From positions 3,328,001 to 3,392,000 of the forward strand of contig OZ241362.1 of NCBI GenBank assembly GCA_965200315.1: a DNA stretch of 64,000 nucleotides, given 5' to 3'. The notes under the pieces were generated by a model. The model was not told the origin of the DNA. It saw nothing but the letters and a program-made list of their open reading frames with translations, and did no database searches. Positions 29,174-39,206 of this stretch are shown piece by piece. Source of the stretch: Candidatus Latescibacterota bacterium. GTDB taxonomy: Bacteria > Latescibacterota > UBA2968 > UBA8231. The translations under genes were made by a program, and so were the position numbers. Position 1 is the first letter of the stretch. The number at the start of each line of letters is the position of its first letter.

Positions 29174-29304
29174 GACCTTAAATTAGGAAATTCCGATAAG
29201 GAATTGACCTGTTAGCCCCTATTACAGATACTAATATGTTTAAAATTTAAGATAAATAAATCTCTCGCCATTATTTCTTCATCCCTCAAGGAAGAGAAAC
29301 TCCA

Positions 29305-29622
29305 ATGAAAGAGTGCTCATGTGTTTGGAAGCCCTTTGTCTTTGGCTTGGCGGTCTTGTTTTCGCTGGGCCTTATAGCAACGGCGGCTGCCCAAGACGCC
29401 ATGGAAGCGAAAGAGACCGCGGTAGAAGAGAAGGCCTCCGCCGAAGAGGAAATGCTCGAAGGGGTGGTGGAGGTTGAAGAGCAAGTGGTGACCGGTGCGC
29501 GCCAACCGCGTTCAGTAACGGATTCGGCCGTACCGGTTGACGTAGTCCGCGGCGACGAGGATCCAGTGGAACCCGACGTTTACTTGGGATATCAGTGCCC
29601 AAAATACAACTTCAGCCTTTAG
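29305..29622 (+). pseudogene. Internally deleted TonB-dependent receptor paralog
   Basis: Signal peptide and VVTGAR...DSAVPVDV closely match the next gene; jumps to a KYNFSL* C-terminus. Confidence 0.75.
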
Positions 29623-29651
29623 AAGCACCTGCTGAGTAGAAGTTCATACGG

Positions 29652-29684
29652 AAAGGCCGAGTATTCAATGGTGCTCGGCCTTTC
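29652..29684 (+). terminator. Intrinsic terminator
   Basis: AAAGGCCGAGTA...TGCTCGGCCTTT hairpin. Confidence 0.7.
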
Positions 29685-29735
29685 TTATATTCCCTTGTGG
29701 TGCGAATTATTTGTTGAACTTGACCTAAAAGACTT

Positions 29736-29752
29736 GCTTTCTAATAGAAAGC
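29736..29752. promoter_or_regulatory. Perfect palindrome in the TBDR promoter region
   Basis: GCTTTCTA-A-TAGAAAGC downstream of TTGACC. Confidence 0.45.
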
Positions 29753-29872
29753 CGTTTTAACTTTATCGTAATGTTACTCATTGAACTGGGCGCAGCCCTC
29801 TAACCCCTAACCCGCTCAGTGGACTGGGTGCTTATGCACTCGGCCACTCGGCTCATCAGTAGGAGGCTTTTC

Positions 29873-32458
29873 ATGAATAGACGCTCATATTTGGAGTTGA
29901 AGCCCTTTGCCTTTGGCCTGTCGATCTTGTTTTCGCTGGTCCTTATAGCAACGGCGGCTGCCCAAGACGCCAAGGAAGGGGATGAAGAAGAGGACATGAT
30001 CCTCGAAGAGGTGGTGGAGGTCGAAGAACTGGTAGTGACAGGTTCGCGTGCTCACTCTCGCACCGTAACCGACTCACCGGTGCCCATTGACGTCATTGGC
30101 AGCGACGAATTTGCCAATCAAGGTGGGGTGGATCTAGCCGACCTTATGCGGAATGTCGTACCCTCGTACAACGTCAATACTCAGCCGATCAGCGATGCGG
30201 GCACGGTCGTCCGGCCGCCCAATATGCGGGGGCTGGCCCCGGACCACGCCTTGGTCCTAATCAACGGCAAGCGCCGTCATCGCGCTGCGGTGATTCACTG
30301 GCTGGGCAATGGCGTCGCCGATGGCGCACAGGGTCCTGATCTTGCACCCATCCCGGCCATCGCTCTCAATCGAGTGGAAGTCCTGCGCGATGGTGCGTCG
30401 GCCCAGTACGGCTCGGACGCCATTGCTGGCGTGTTGAACTTTCGCCTCAAAAACCGTTCCGACGGGCTGTCAATCGAGACCAAAGTCGGCAGCTTCCAAG
30501 ACGGCGAAGGCATCCTCGGCGATGGCGAGTTGTTTTCTATCGCTGGCAATATCGGCTTGGGCAACGAAAATGCGTGGGCCAACCTCAGCTTGGAATACGG
30601 CAACTCGGGCGAAACCATCCGCTCGGTGCAGCGCAATGATGCTGCGGGCCTGATCGCCGCGGGCAATACGAATGTGGCCAATCCCGCCCAGCTCTGGGGA
30701 CAGCCCTTCATCAGAGACGATCTGAAGTTCTTCGCCAACTACGGGGCGACCCTGAGCGAGAACCTCGACTTCTATGGTCACGCCAACTACGCCAGCAAGG
30801 AAACGGAAGGCGGGTTCTATTTCCGCAATCCCCACACTCGCAGTGGCGTGTTTAAGGGGCCGCAGCTCGAAGACGGGACTCCGTCCCTGCTAGTGGGCGA
30901 TTTGGACGGCGTGGGGCAAGGCAGTGAATGCGCCCCGGTCCCCATAATCGACAACAAGCTGGATCAGGAGGCTTGGCTACAGATTCGCGACGATCCCAAT
31001 TGCTTCTCGTTCCTAAAAATGTTTCCCGGTGGTTTTACGCCTCGCTTCGGCGGCTTCACCACGGATGAATCCATCCTTCTGGGCCTAAAGGGTTTTGCGG
31101 CCGAGACGTTGGGTTGGAGCCTGAGCGCATCCTATGGCCGTCACCACGCAGACTACTTCATCTTCAATACCGTGAATGCTTCAATGGGGCCTGATACGCC
31201 GACATCGTTCAATCCTGGAGATTACATCCAGACGGATGTCAACTTAAACTTCGACATCACGTACCCGGTCAGCGACCAGTTGTTCTTGGCCACGGGAGTC
31301 GAACGTCGCAACGAAGCATTTGAGATCGTGGAAGGACAGATCGAGTCCTACCTGATTGGTCAGCCGTTGGCCAGCCAAGGTTTTCAGCCTGCTACCAATG
31401 GTTTCTCGGGCTTTAGCAAGGTGGCCGCTGGCCGCTGGGATCGAACCAACACGGCCTTGTACGTGGAGGCGGATTTTGAGCCGATTGATCCGCTGGTGCT
31501 TTCCGTGGCTCTGCGCTCGGAGGATTTCTCCGACTTTGGCAGCACTACCAACTACAAGGGAGCCGCCAATTTCGCCCTTACGGATGATCTGAAGCTGCGC
31601 GGTAGTTACAGCACCGGATTCCGGGCACCGACGCCCGGTCAGCAAAATGCCTTCAACATAACGACCGAGTTCAACTTCGAGAAGAACGACTTGGTCAACA
31701 ACGGCACCGTGCCTTCTACCAGCCGGGCTGTTGGGCTGGTCCTTGGTTTAGAAGGCGGCGGGCCGGCGCTCAAACCTGAAAACTCGATCAACCTCTCCGG
31801 GGGCGTCGTCGTCAATATGGGGGTAGTTAGCGCGACGATCGACTACTTCAACATCAAGGTGGAGGATCGCCTGACGGTCTCGCAAGATTTCGCGCTGAAC
31901 GATGAGCAGAAACAGCAGCTAATCGACGAGGGCCTAACCAGCGCGGCTGGCCTGCAGGAGTTCCGCTTTTTCACCAATGACTTCCACACGGCAACTAACG
32001 GGATCGACCTCGTCGTCTCGTCGCCGGTGGGTTCGGGCCAGATGAGTTTGGCTTACAACTATACGACCACTGAAGTCACCGACCACAACCCGGATATTCT
32101 CGACGCGCTCCGGCTCCGGGAATTGGAGGAGAATCTGCCTAAGCAGCGCGGGAATTTGACGCTGACCCAAGCCCTGAGCGAGCGTTGGAGTGGTCTAGGC
32201 CGCGCCAGCTACTACGGCGAATGGTACGACTCTGAAGACGATCAGACCTATAGTGGCAAGGTGCTGTTTGACCTTGAAACCAGCATCTCGTTTGACGAGG
32301 CCCAATCCGCCATCGCCATAGGCGTGCAGAACATTCTCAACACCTATCCCGACGAACATGAACTAGCCAAAGAGCGGACCGGCAACAAGTACAGCCAATT
32401 CAGCCCCTTTGGCTTTGGTGGCGCGTTTTGGTACGTGAAATACAGCTACAGCCGCTAG
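29873..32458 (+). CDS. TonB-dependent outer-membrane receptor
   Basis: Signal peptide, EELVVTGSR TonB box, LINGKRR, RVEVLRDGASAQYGSDAIAGVLN, STGFRAP and aromatic C-terminus; AGGAGG RBS. Confidence 0.95.
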   Translation: MNRRSYLELKPFAFGLSILFSLVLIATAAAQDAKEGDEEEDMILEEVVEVEELVVTGSRAHSRTVTDSPVPIDVIGSDEFANQGGVDLADLMRNVVPSYNVNTQPISDAGTVVRPPNMRGLAPDHALVLINGKRRHRAAVIHWLGNGVADGAQGPDLAPIPAIALNRVEVLRDGASAQYGSDAIAGVLNFRLKNRSDGLSIETKVGSFQDGEGILGDGELFSIAGNIGLGNENAWANLSLEYGNSGETIRSVQRNDAAGLIAAGNTNVANPAQLWGQPFIRDDLKFFANYGATLSENLDFYGHANYASKETEGGFYFRNPHTRSGVFKGPQLEDGTPSLLVGDLDGVGQGSECAPVPIIDNKLDQEAWLQIRDDPNCFSFLKMFPGGFTPRFGGFTTDESILLGLKGFAAETLGWSLSASYGRHHADYFIFNTVNASMGPDTPTSFNPGDYIQTDVNLNFDITYPVSDQLFLATGVERRNEAFEIVEGQIESYLIGQPLASQGFQPATNGFSGFSKVAAGRWDRTNTALYVEADFEPIDPLVLSVALRSEDFSDFGSTTNYKGAANFALTDDLKLRGSYSTGFRAPTPGQQNAFNITTEFNFEKNDLVNNGTVPSTSRAVGLVLGLEGGGPALKPENSINLSGGVVVNMGVVSATIDYFNIKVEDRLTVSQDFALNDEQKQQLIDEGLTSAAGLQEFRFFTNDFHTATNGIDLVVSSPVGSGQMSLAYNYTTTEVTDHNPDILDALRLRELEENLPKQRGNLTLTQALSERWSGLGRASYYGEWYDSEDDQTYSGKVLFDLETSISFDEAQSAIAIGVQNILNTYPDEHELAKERTGNKYSQFSPFGFGGAFWYVKYSYSR

Positions 32459-32492
32459 GATAGGAACGCCGAACGGCAATCCTACGTTATGC

Positions 32493-32528
32493 AAAAGGCC
32501 GGGTACCTGTTTTGGTACTCGGCCTTTT
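32493..32528 (+). terminator. Intrinsic terminator
   Basis: AAAAGGCCGGGTACC...GGTACTCGGCCTTTT. Confidence 0.75.
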
Positions 32529-32563
32529 GTATCTAATCCCTTTAACTACATTGGACGCAAGAC

Positions 32564-34201
32564 ATGGTCCTATCATACCGCGACGCTCTAGAACACATCC
32601 GCCGCGCCTTCCCCCAACCAGTATCCGACCCCATTCACGATTCGTATTTCGTGCATTCCATCATGCGTGCCCTAGACCAAGTCGATGACCTGAAAATGCA
32701 GTTGCCGACGCTTGGTCCAGTAGTTGCCGGCGACTTTGCTGAAGCGCAAAACGCCGAGCTGCCCGCTGAGATGTCTTCGGTCGAGGCGGTTACCTCAGAC
32801 CTCGTCAGCTATCTGCGCGGCATAACCATCTCCACCCATCCTCACACCCAACAAAACGTCATCGCGCCCCCGACCATCCCCAGCCTCATCGGCGTCCTAC
32901 TCGCCTCGTTGCACAACCCCAACATCGCTTGGGATGAATACAGCCGCCTCGTCGCCTTGGCCGAAGTCGAAGCGGTCGGCATCACCGCACGGATGGTTGG
33001 CTACGACCCACAACAGGCCAGCGGCACGTTTACCTTTGGCGGGACTGGAACCACGCTCTATGGGGTAAAAATCGGCTTGGAAAAGGCCTGCCCGCAGGCC
33101 ATGCAAAAGGGCGTCTCCGACGATGTGGTAGTACTCGTTTCCGACGCCGGGCACTATTGCGCCCACAACATCGTCGGCTGGCTCGGCATGGGCACCGATC
33201 AGTTGATCGTCATTCCGACAATAGCCGACAACGAGATTGACCTCGCGCAGCTAGCGGATGCAGCGCGGGCGGCTTTGGACAGCGGAAAAAAGATCGCCGC
33301 CATTATTGCGACTCTGGGGACTACGGATGCGTTCGGGTTGGACGATTTGCCGGCGATTGCGGCCTTGCGCGACTCGCTCGTCGATGAATTCCAGCTATCC
33401 TACCGCCCGCACATCCACGCCGACTCGGTCATTGGCTGGGCGTGGTCGGTGTTCAACGACTACGATTTTCAGGACAACCCCTTGGGGTTTCGGCCGCGGA
33501 CCCTGCGCGCCCTTGCCGGCGCGTGCCGCCGCATCCGCCATCTGGTGCTGGCCGATTCCATGGGCATCGACTTCCACAAGACCGGCTTTGCCCCGTATAT
33601 CTCTAGCCTCGTCCTCGTCAAAGACCGGGCGGATTTGCAGCTCCTGATGCGCGACCCGCAACAGATGCCGTACCTCTATCACTTTGGCGACCACCGCCCC
33701 GGCATGTTTACCCTCGAAACGTCTAGAGCCGGGACCGGCCCGCTAACTGCGCTGGCCAATTTTCGCTTTTTCGGCGAGCAGGGATTGCGCGTCGCACTCG
33801 GGCACATCGTCGAGATGACCCAGCTTTTGCGCGAGCACCTCGAAGGACACGAAGCCATCACCGTGCTCAACCGCGACAACTTTGGCACAGTAACACTCTT
33901 CCGGGTATATCCACCCGACGTGGATACTTTTGCGATCAAGCGCCAAGAATTTGAAGACCCGGCCTATCGGGAAACGCTGCTAGCCCACAACGACTACAAC
34001 CGAAAAATTTTCGATTACGTACATGCGGAGGCCATGGCCGGACGCGGAGTCGTCATTTCCTCAACCGACTGCTACCGGCGCACCCAATACGAGGAACCGA
34101 TTGTCGCGCTGAAGTCCTTTATTGTGTCGCCGTTTGTGGATGAAAAGGATGTCGAAATTGTAGTGGCAAAAGTCTTGGAAGCTAGAGAAAAGTTCGTCTG
34201 A
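32564..34201 (+). CDS. Group II PLP-dependent decarboxylase, substrate unknown
   Basis: FTFGGT, GTTD, HADS and DFHK (PLP Lys) motifs. Confidence 0.85.
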   Translation: MVLSYRDALEHIRRAFPQPVSDPIHDSYFVHSIMRALDQVDDLKMQLPTLGPVVAGDFAEAQNAELPAEMSSVEAVTSDLVSYLRGITISTHPHTQQNVIAPPTIPSLIGVLLASLHNPNIAWDEYSRLVALAEVEAVGITARMVGYDPQQASGTFTFGGTGTTLYGVKIGLEKACPQAMQKGVSDDVVVLVSDAGHYCAHNIVGWLGMGTDQLIVIPTIADNEIDLAQLADAARAALDSGKKIAAIIATLGTTDAFGLDDLPAIAALRDSLVDEFQLSYRPHIHADSVIGWAWSVFNDYDFQDNPLGFRPRTLRALAGACRRIRHLVLADSMGIDFHKTGFAPYISSLVLVKDRADLQLLMRDPQQMPYLYHFGDHRPGMFTLETSRAGTGPLTALANFRFFGEQGLRVALGHIVEMTQLLREHLEGHEAITVLNRDNFGTVTLFRVYPPDVDTFAIKRQEFEDPAYRETLLAHNDYNRKIFDYVHAEAMAGRGVVISSTDCYRRTQYEEPIVALKSFIVSPFVDEKDVEIVVAKVLEAREKFV

Positions 34202-34206
34202 AGCCG

Positions 34207-35577
34207 CTATTTCTCATGCGACGTCAAGGCGTCCCGGATTTCGCGGATGGTCCCTTCCAGCCGGTCTAGACGCTCGTTGGTGTCTTTTATCTCTTCTTGA
34301 ATTTTCGTTACGATCCCGACCTGTTCTTCTAGCTCCTCGATCTTCAAGGAATCCTCATCGCTTACGAGGATGCTCGTCAGCGTAGCCGTAAAGACACCCA
34401 CCAGAACCATCCCCGTAATCACTAGAAAAACGGTGAGGATTTTGCCCGAAGCCGTCTCGGGATTGTGGATGTCGGCATACCCGCCGGTGACCAGCGTCGT
34501 AAAGCTCCACCAAAGACTCGCCCCAAATCCCGAACCAGACTCCATGCGCTCCAAGCTCATAAAAATAAAGGCCCCAAACACGAGCGATAACAAGCCGTAC
34601 AGCAGGGACCGCTTGAGCAGCCGCACGTCCAACGTGGTGCTCAAGTGATCCATGCCGCGCCAGAAAAACAGCGCGATGCGGAACAATCGCAACGCCCGTA
34701 AAATTCGCACAGCCCTGAGCAAACGCCCCAAGCGAACGATACCTAGGTCGCCGACCTGTGATGCAGCGATGACCTGTACCGGGGGCAGCGGAATGGACGT
34801 TATGAAGTCGATCCAGTTGTTTTTCCAATACCACTTTTTGGAAGCGGCAAGCCGGTGTTCAAAAAAGAAGTTGGCCATGAAAATGGTGCAGCATATCAAG
34901 TCTAAAATCCAGAATATCCACAACGTGCCAACGGAAAAATGAGGTTCTATTTCCACAACGGGATTTGTATAGTGCTCCCCGAGGTTGATGACGTCCGCTT
35001 GTGTTAGTTTGCCCTCAACTACCTGTCCGGAAACAAGCGCACCAGACCCAACCGCATCCGCTATGTGAATGTTCACCCGCTCATATCCTTGCCCCCCGTT
35101 CAAAACGTTTATTCGATGTATCCTGCCTTCTACTACTTCGGCTTTCGCAATGGCACCGGTCCCTGTGGCCCCTATGCCGAGCAAGTCGACGACCAAAATT
35201 GCGATCAAAAAAAGTATCAGAAAAAAGATGAACAGATCTTTGGCCCGCACCCGTGCGACGCTGCCCAGTACTCTGGCCTGCTCATCCATCAGATGCTTCT
35301 TTTGCCGCGCCTGCTCAATGAGCCGGACCTTGTCCAGCAATTTCTCTTTTTCGTCGTTCAACCTAGCGATCTGCGATTCAGCCTTATCCAGACTCAGTTC
35401 GTATTGGCCGTGCCGTTTGCTCAAACTGACCGTTTCGACCGTTTCGATCATTTCGTCGAGTTCTTTTTCTGCCTCGACTAGCTGGCGGTCAATCCTATCG
35501 ATCTCCTGCATTACCACATCTTTCATCTTGGTAATGCGTTCGAGAGAGCACGATTCAAGTCGCCTTGATAATGACAT
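34207..35577 (-). CDS. 6TM voltage-sensor-type cation (K+-like) channel with coiled coils
   Basis: WIDFITSIP (S3), Arg-rich S4 RLGRLLRAVRILRALRLFR and pore SLWWSFTTLVTGGYAD. Confidence 0.85.
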   Translation of the reverse strand: MSLSRRLESCSLERITKMKDVVMQEIDRIDRQLVEAEKELDEMIETVETVSLSKRHGQYELSLDKAESQIARLNDEKEKLLDKVRLIEQARQKKHLMDEQARVLGSVARVRAKDLFIFFLILFLIAILVVDLLGIGATGTGAIAKAEVVEGRIHRINVLNGGQGYERVNIHIADAVGSGALVSGQVVEGKLTQADVINLGEHYTNPVVEIEPHFSVGTLWIFWILDLICCTIFMANFFFEHRLAASKKWYWKNNWIDFITSIPLPPVQVIAASQVGDLGIVRLGRLLRAVRILRALRLFRIALFFWRGMDHLSTTLDVRLLKRSLLYGLLSLVFGAFIFMSLERMESGSGFGASLWWSFTTLVTGGYADIHNPETASGKILTVFLVITGMVLVGVFTATLTSILVSDEDSLKIEELEEQVGIVTKIQEEIKDTNERLDRLEGTIREIRDALTSHEK

Positions 35578-35617
35578 GGTGAGTCGTCCTATATAGTTTG
35601 CGGGTTGTCGATCTCTT

Positions 35618-37291
35618 TTAGAATAGCCCCTTGATCTGTCCTGCTTCGTCGAGATCAATCGACTCGGCCGAGGGCTTCTTCGGCAGGCCGGGCATCGTCA
35701 TAATATCGCCCGTCAGCACCACTACAAAACCAGCCCCGGCCGAGACCTTGACGTCGCGGACCGGCACGTCAAAGCCGCGTGGCCGCCCCCTGAGCCCGGG
35801 ATCAGTCGATAGCGAGTACTGGGTCTTGGCGATGCAGACGGGCAGGTTGCCGTAGCCTCCGTCCTCTAGCCGCCTGAACTTGCTCCTCAGCATCTTGTCC
35901 CCCATGATGTCGTCGGCACCGTAGATCGCTTGGGCGACAGTGCGGACCTTGTCCCAAAGCCGCATGTCGTCGGAATAGAGCAACCTGAAGTCGCTCTGCG
36001 TATTTTCGGCCGTCTGCACCACGGTGCGAGCGAGGTCTTCGGCACCTGCACCACCGCGGGCGTGGTGATACGCAGGGACGACCTCAACGCCGAGGTGAGC
36101 GCACTTGTCGCGGATGCACTGGACCTCGGCATCGGTGTCCGTGGCGAAAGCGTTGACCGAGACGACGACGGGCAAGCCGAAGAGGCGGATGTTTTCGATG
36201 TGCTTCTTGAGGTTTTCGACGCCCCGTTCAACCGCTCCGACATTGGGTTTGGCGATGCTTTTGAGCGAAGTACCGCCGTGAAATTTGAGTGCGCGCACCG
36301 TGGCCACCAACACCACGAGGTCGGGCGTCAGGCCACTCTGGCGGCACTTGATGTTGGCGAATTTTTCCGCGCCCAAGTCCGCGCCAAAGCCAGCCTCGGT
36401 GATGGTGTATTCAGAGAGGCGCGTACTCAGGCGGGTGGCGGCGATGGAGTTGCAGCCGTGGGCGATATTGGCAAAAGGGCCGCCGTGGACTAAAGCCGGG
36501 TTGCCCTCTAGGGTCTGCACCAGGTTGGGTTGGCAGGCGTCCTTGAGCAGCACCGCCATGGCACCGTGGACCGCTAGGTCGGTAGCGCGAACGGTTTCGC
36601 GGGAGCGGGTTTGGGCGACGACGATCCGGCCGAGCCGCTCTTTGAGCTCGGCCCGCGATTCGGACAGGCAGAGGATGGCCATGACCTCCGAGGCGACGGC
36701 GATGTCGAACCCCGATTGGCGTGGAAAGGAGTTGGCGGTCCCCCCTAGCCCGACGACGATGTCGCGCAGGGCCCGGTCATTTATGTCGAGGACGCGGTTC
36801 CAGACGATGCGGCGGTGATCAATGCGGCGCACATTGCCGTGGTGGATGTAGTTGTCGAGGGCCGCGGCGAGTAGGTTGTGGGCGGCGGAGACCGCGTGGA
36901 TGTCCCCGGTGAAGTGCAGGTTGATGTCTTCCATCGGCGCTACCTGAGCGTAGCCGCCGCCGGCTCCCCCGCCCTTCATGCCGAAACAAGGCCCCAGCGA
37001 AGGCTCTCGCAGGCAGACGGTGGCGCGTTTGCCAATGCGGTTGAGCGCGTCTCCTAGGCCGATGGTGGTCGTGGTCTTACCCTCGCCGGCCGGAGTCGGG
37101 TTGATGGCCGAGACGAGGATCAGCTTGCCGGTAGTAGGCGCGTTTTCGAGCTGCTGGCAGAAATCCTGCGAAACTTTGGCCTTGACGCGGCCGTAGTGTT
37201 CGAGGTGTTCGGAGCCGATCCCGAGCTGGGCGGCGACATCGTCGATGGGGCGGAGTGGAGTTTGGCGGGCGATTTCGATATCCGGTAGCAA
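35618..37291 (-). CDS. fhs: Formate--tetrahydrofolate ligase
   Basis: [29 protein letters not shown] and IMTMPGL motifs. Confidence 0.97.
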   Translation of the reverse strand: MLPDIEIARQTPLRPIDDVAAQLGIGSEHLEHYGRVKAKVSQDFCQQLENAPTTGKLILVSAINPTPAGEGKTTTTIGLGDALNRIGKRATVCLREPSLGPCFGMKGGGAGGGYAQVAPMEDINLHFTGDIHAVSAAHNLLAAALDNYIHHGNVRRIDHRRIVWNRVLDINDRALRDIVVGLGGTANSFPRQSGFDIAVASEVMAILCLSESRAELKERLGRIVVAQTRSRETVRATDLAVHGAMAVLLKDACQPNLVQTLEGNPALVHGGPFANIAHGCNSIAATRLSTRLSEYTITEAGFGADLGAEKFANIKCRQSGLTPDLVVLVATVRALKFHGGTSLKSIAKPNVGAVERGVENLKKHIENIRLFGLPVVVSVNAFATDTDAEVQCIRDKCAHLGVEVVPAYHHARGGAGAEDLARTVVQTAENTQSDFRLLYSDDMRLWDKVRTVAQAIYGADDIMGDKMLRSKFRRLEDGGYGNLPVCIAKTQYSLSTDPGLRGRPRGFDVPVRDVKVSAGAGFVVVLTGDIMTMPGLPKKPSAESIDLDEAGQIKGLF

Positions 37292-37315
37292 AGTGAACTC
37301 CTAACGTGAATAGGT

Positions 37316-38134
37316 CTATACGCCGCAAAATGCGGAAAAGCCGCCATCGATAGGCACGATGGCACCGGTGACAAACGCGGCTGCGTCCGAAAAGAGCCAC
37401 AGGGCCGCGCCGACGACTTCGCGCGGATCGCCAAAGCGGGCCATGGGGACGTTTTTGAGGATGGTCTGGCCGCGGTCGGTCAGCTCGCCGCTTGCTTCGT
37501 CGAGGAGCAAGAAGCGGTTTTGCGCGGTAATCATAAAGCCCGGGGCCACGGCATTGACGCGGATTTTGGCCGCGTAGGTCGTAGCCATATGCACGGCTAG
37601 CCAGCGGGTGAAACTATCGGCCGCCGCCTTGCCGTTGGAATACGCCAAGGCCCGCGACAGCGGCAGCCCGCCGCCGATGGAGGTGATATTGACGACGGTC
37701 CCTTCGCCTTTCGCGGCGAAGACGCGGCCCACGACCTGCGAGGGCAGGACGGCGCTTAGATAGTTGAGGTCCATCACCATCTGGACCGCTTCTGGATCGA
37801 TATCAAAGAATTCAAGCTCGGGGGAGGTGGTAGTGTCCTTGTGACTGCCGCCGGCCCCGTTGAGCAGAAAATCAACCGTGCCAAAGTGCTCTATGGTCTC
37901 CGCGAGTGCGGCCTCAACGCTATCTTTGCTGATGACGTTGCACTCGACGGGGAGTACCTTGCCGGGGAAGTCCTGATTGATCTCGTCGGCTTTGGCGCGG
38001 GCCGCCTCTGGAGCAATGTCCCAGATCGCTACCTCAGCACCGGCTTGGGCAAGGCCGCGGGCGATCTCGCCGCCAATGGCACCGCCAGCGCCGGTCGCCA
38101 CGGCCTTTTTGCCGTGAAAGTCAAAAGTAGTCAA
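37316..38134 (-). CDS. SDR oxidoreductase (D-mannonate oxidoreductase-like)
   Basis: TGAGGAIG, NGAGG, YSNGK and DGGFSA motifs. Confidence 0.88.
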   Translation of the reverse strand: MTTFDFHGKKAVATGAGGAIGGEIARGLAQAGAEVAIWDIAPEAARAKADEINQDFPGKVLPVECNVISKDSVEAALAETIEHFGTVDFLLNGAGGSHKDTTTSPELEFFDIDPEAVQMVMDLNYLSAVLPSQVVGRVFAAKGEGTVVNITSIGGGLPLSRALAYSNGKAAADSFTRWLAVHMATTYAAKIRVNAVAPGFMITAQNRFLLLDEASGELTDRGQTILKNVPMARFGDPREVVGAALWLFSDAAAFVTGAIVPIDGGFSAFCGV

Positions 38135-38247
38135 GGTGATGCCTCTCCTTCTATTAAAATTCAGTCTCTGAGTTGTAGCACCGGATCAGTGCGGGATACG
38201 GGCCGGGGGCCGTCAATTCGGGCAAGGTCGCAGAGGGGTGGAAATAC

Positions 38248-39078
38248 TCATCGTCGCCGCGCTGGAGAGCGGACCCTGCTCATCGCCGATGCCAACGCCG
38301 CGTAGCCGACCGCGCAGGATTCGTCGAAATCCATGGTGACAAACGTCTCTATCGCTAGGGCTCCGGCAAAGCCGATGTCCCAGAGCCCCTGCACGATGCG
38401 CGGATAATCGAGGCTGCCTTGGCCGGGGATTTTGTGGTCCCAGTCGGGATAGGTGCCGACGTGGTCCTTGAGGTGGGCGTGCGCGATGCGCCCCTGCCAC
38501 TGGTGGGCGACCGCGACCGGATCTAAGCCGAGGAGCGTCAGATAGCAAGGGTCGAAATTGACGCCAAAGGACGCGCTGCCGATCTCGTCGTGCAACTCCA
38601 AGAAGCGCTCGGGGGTGTCGGTGAGCCAGCCGGCCCACACGCCATCAACTGCCAACTGCACGTTGCGAGGCTCCGCGTAGGCAAGCGCGTCTTGGAGATA
38701 GGCGACCACTCGCCGCCACGCTGCGGCTCGCTGGGCAGCATCGCCTTGAGGACCGCCCATGTGGAAGACGACGAGCGGTGCGCCAACGTCCACAGCCAAA
38801 TCGACCGATCCCTTGAGATTGAGCGGTTCATCAGTAAAAAGCGAGTCGGCGAGATTGGCGTGAGTGATGACCGCTTCGATGGTCAGACCCCGCCGCTCGG
38901 CAATACTCCGCGTCTGCACACGCAACTCGGGCGTCACCGAGCGCGGGTCCGCCGACGGCCCGTGGGTCCCGGAAATGTCGATGCCGTCGTAGCCAGTAGC
39001 GGCGATCTTTTTCAGTGCCGGCTCGAGCGGCATTTCAAGCCGGTCGGTGTAGCTATAGGTGTAAAAGGCGAGGCGCAT
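38248..39078 (-). CDS. Sugar phosphate isomerase/epimerase (xylose isomerase-like TIM barrel)
   Basis: NFDP, HAHLKD, PGQG.LD and IE motifs. Confidence 0.85.
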   Translation of the reverse strand: MRLAFYTYSYTDRLEMPLEPALKKIAATGYDGIDISGTHGPSADPRSVTPELRVQTRSIAERRGLTIEAVITHANLADSLFTDEPLNLKGSVDLAVDVGAPLVVFHMGGPQGDAAQRAAAWRRVVAYLQDALAYAEPRNVQLAVDGVWAGWLTDTPERFLELHDEIGSASFGVNFDPCYLTLLGLDPVAVAHQWQGRIAHAHLKDHVGTYPDWDHKIPGQGSLDYPRIVQGLWDIGFAGALAIETFVTMDFDESCAVGYAALASAMSRVRSPARRR

Positions 39079-39206
39079 GGCTCAAATTAAATTGCGGGAT
39101 GCCGATGTGCATGGGAGACTTCTTCCTTGGTAGGAGGAAGCAAAGCGCACATCTTATTCTATTTAATCGGCCCCTTTTTTGCAATTTCACGTGGAGGAGA
39201 TACAAC

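Larger units (their letters stand above)
25601..29195 (+). mobile_element. IS1595-family transporter IS (ISNha5-like CGGAATT ends) with passenger genes
   Basis: Left end TATCGGAATTTCCTACTTTAAGGTCTT (25598-25624) and right end AAGACCTTAAATTAGGAAATTCCGATA (29172-29198) match at 26/27 as inverted repeats. They enclose a transposase and 4 genes. Confidence 0.9.
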
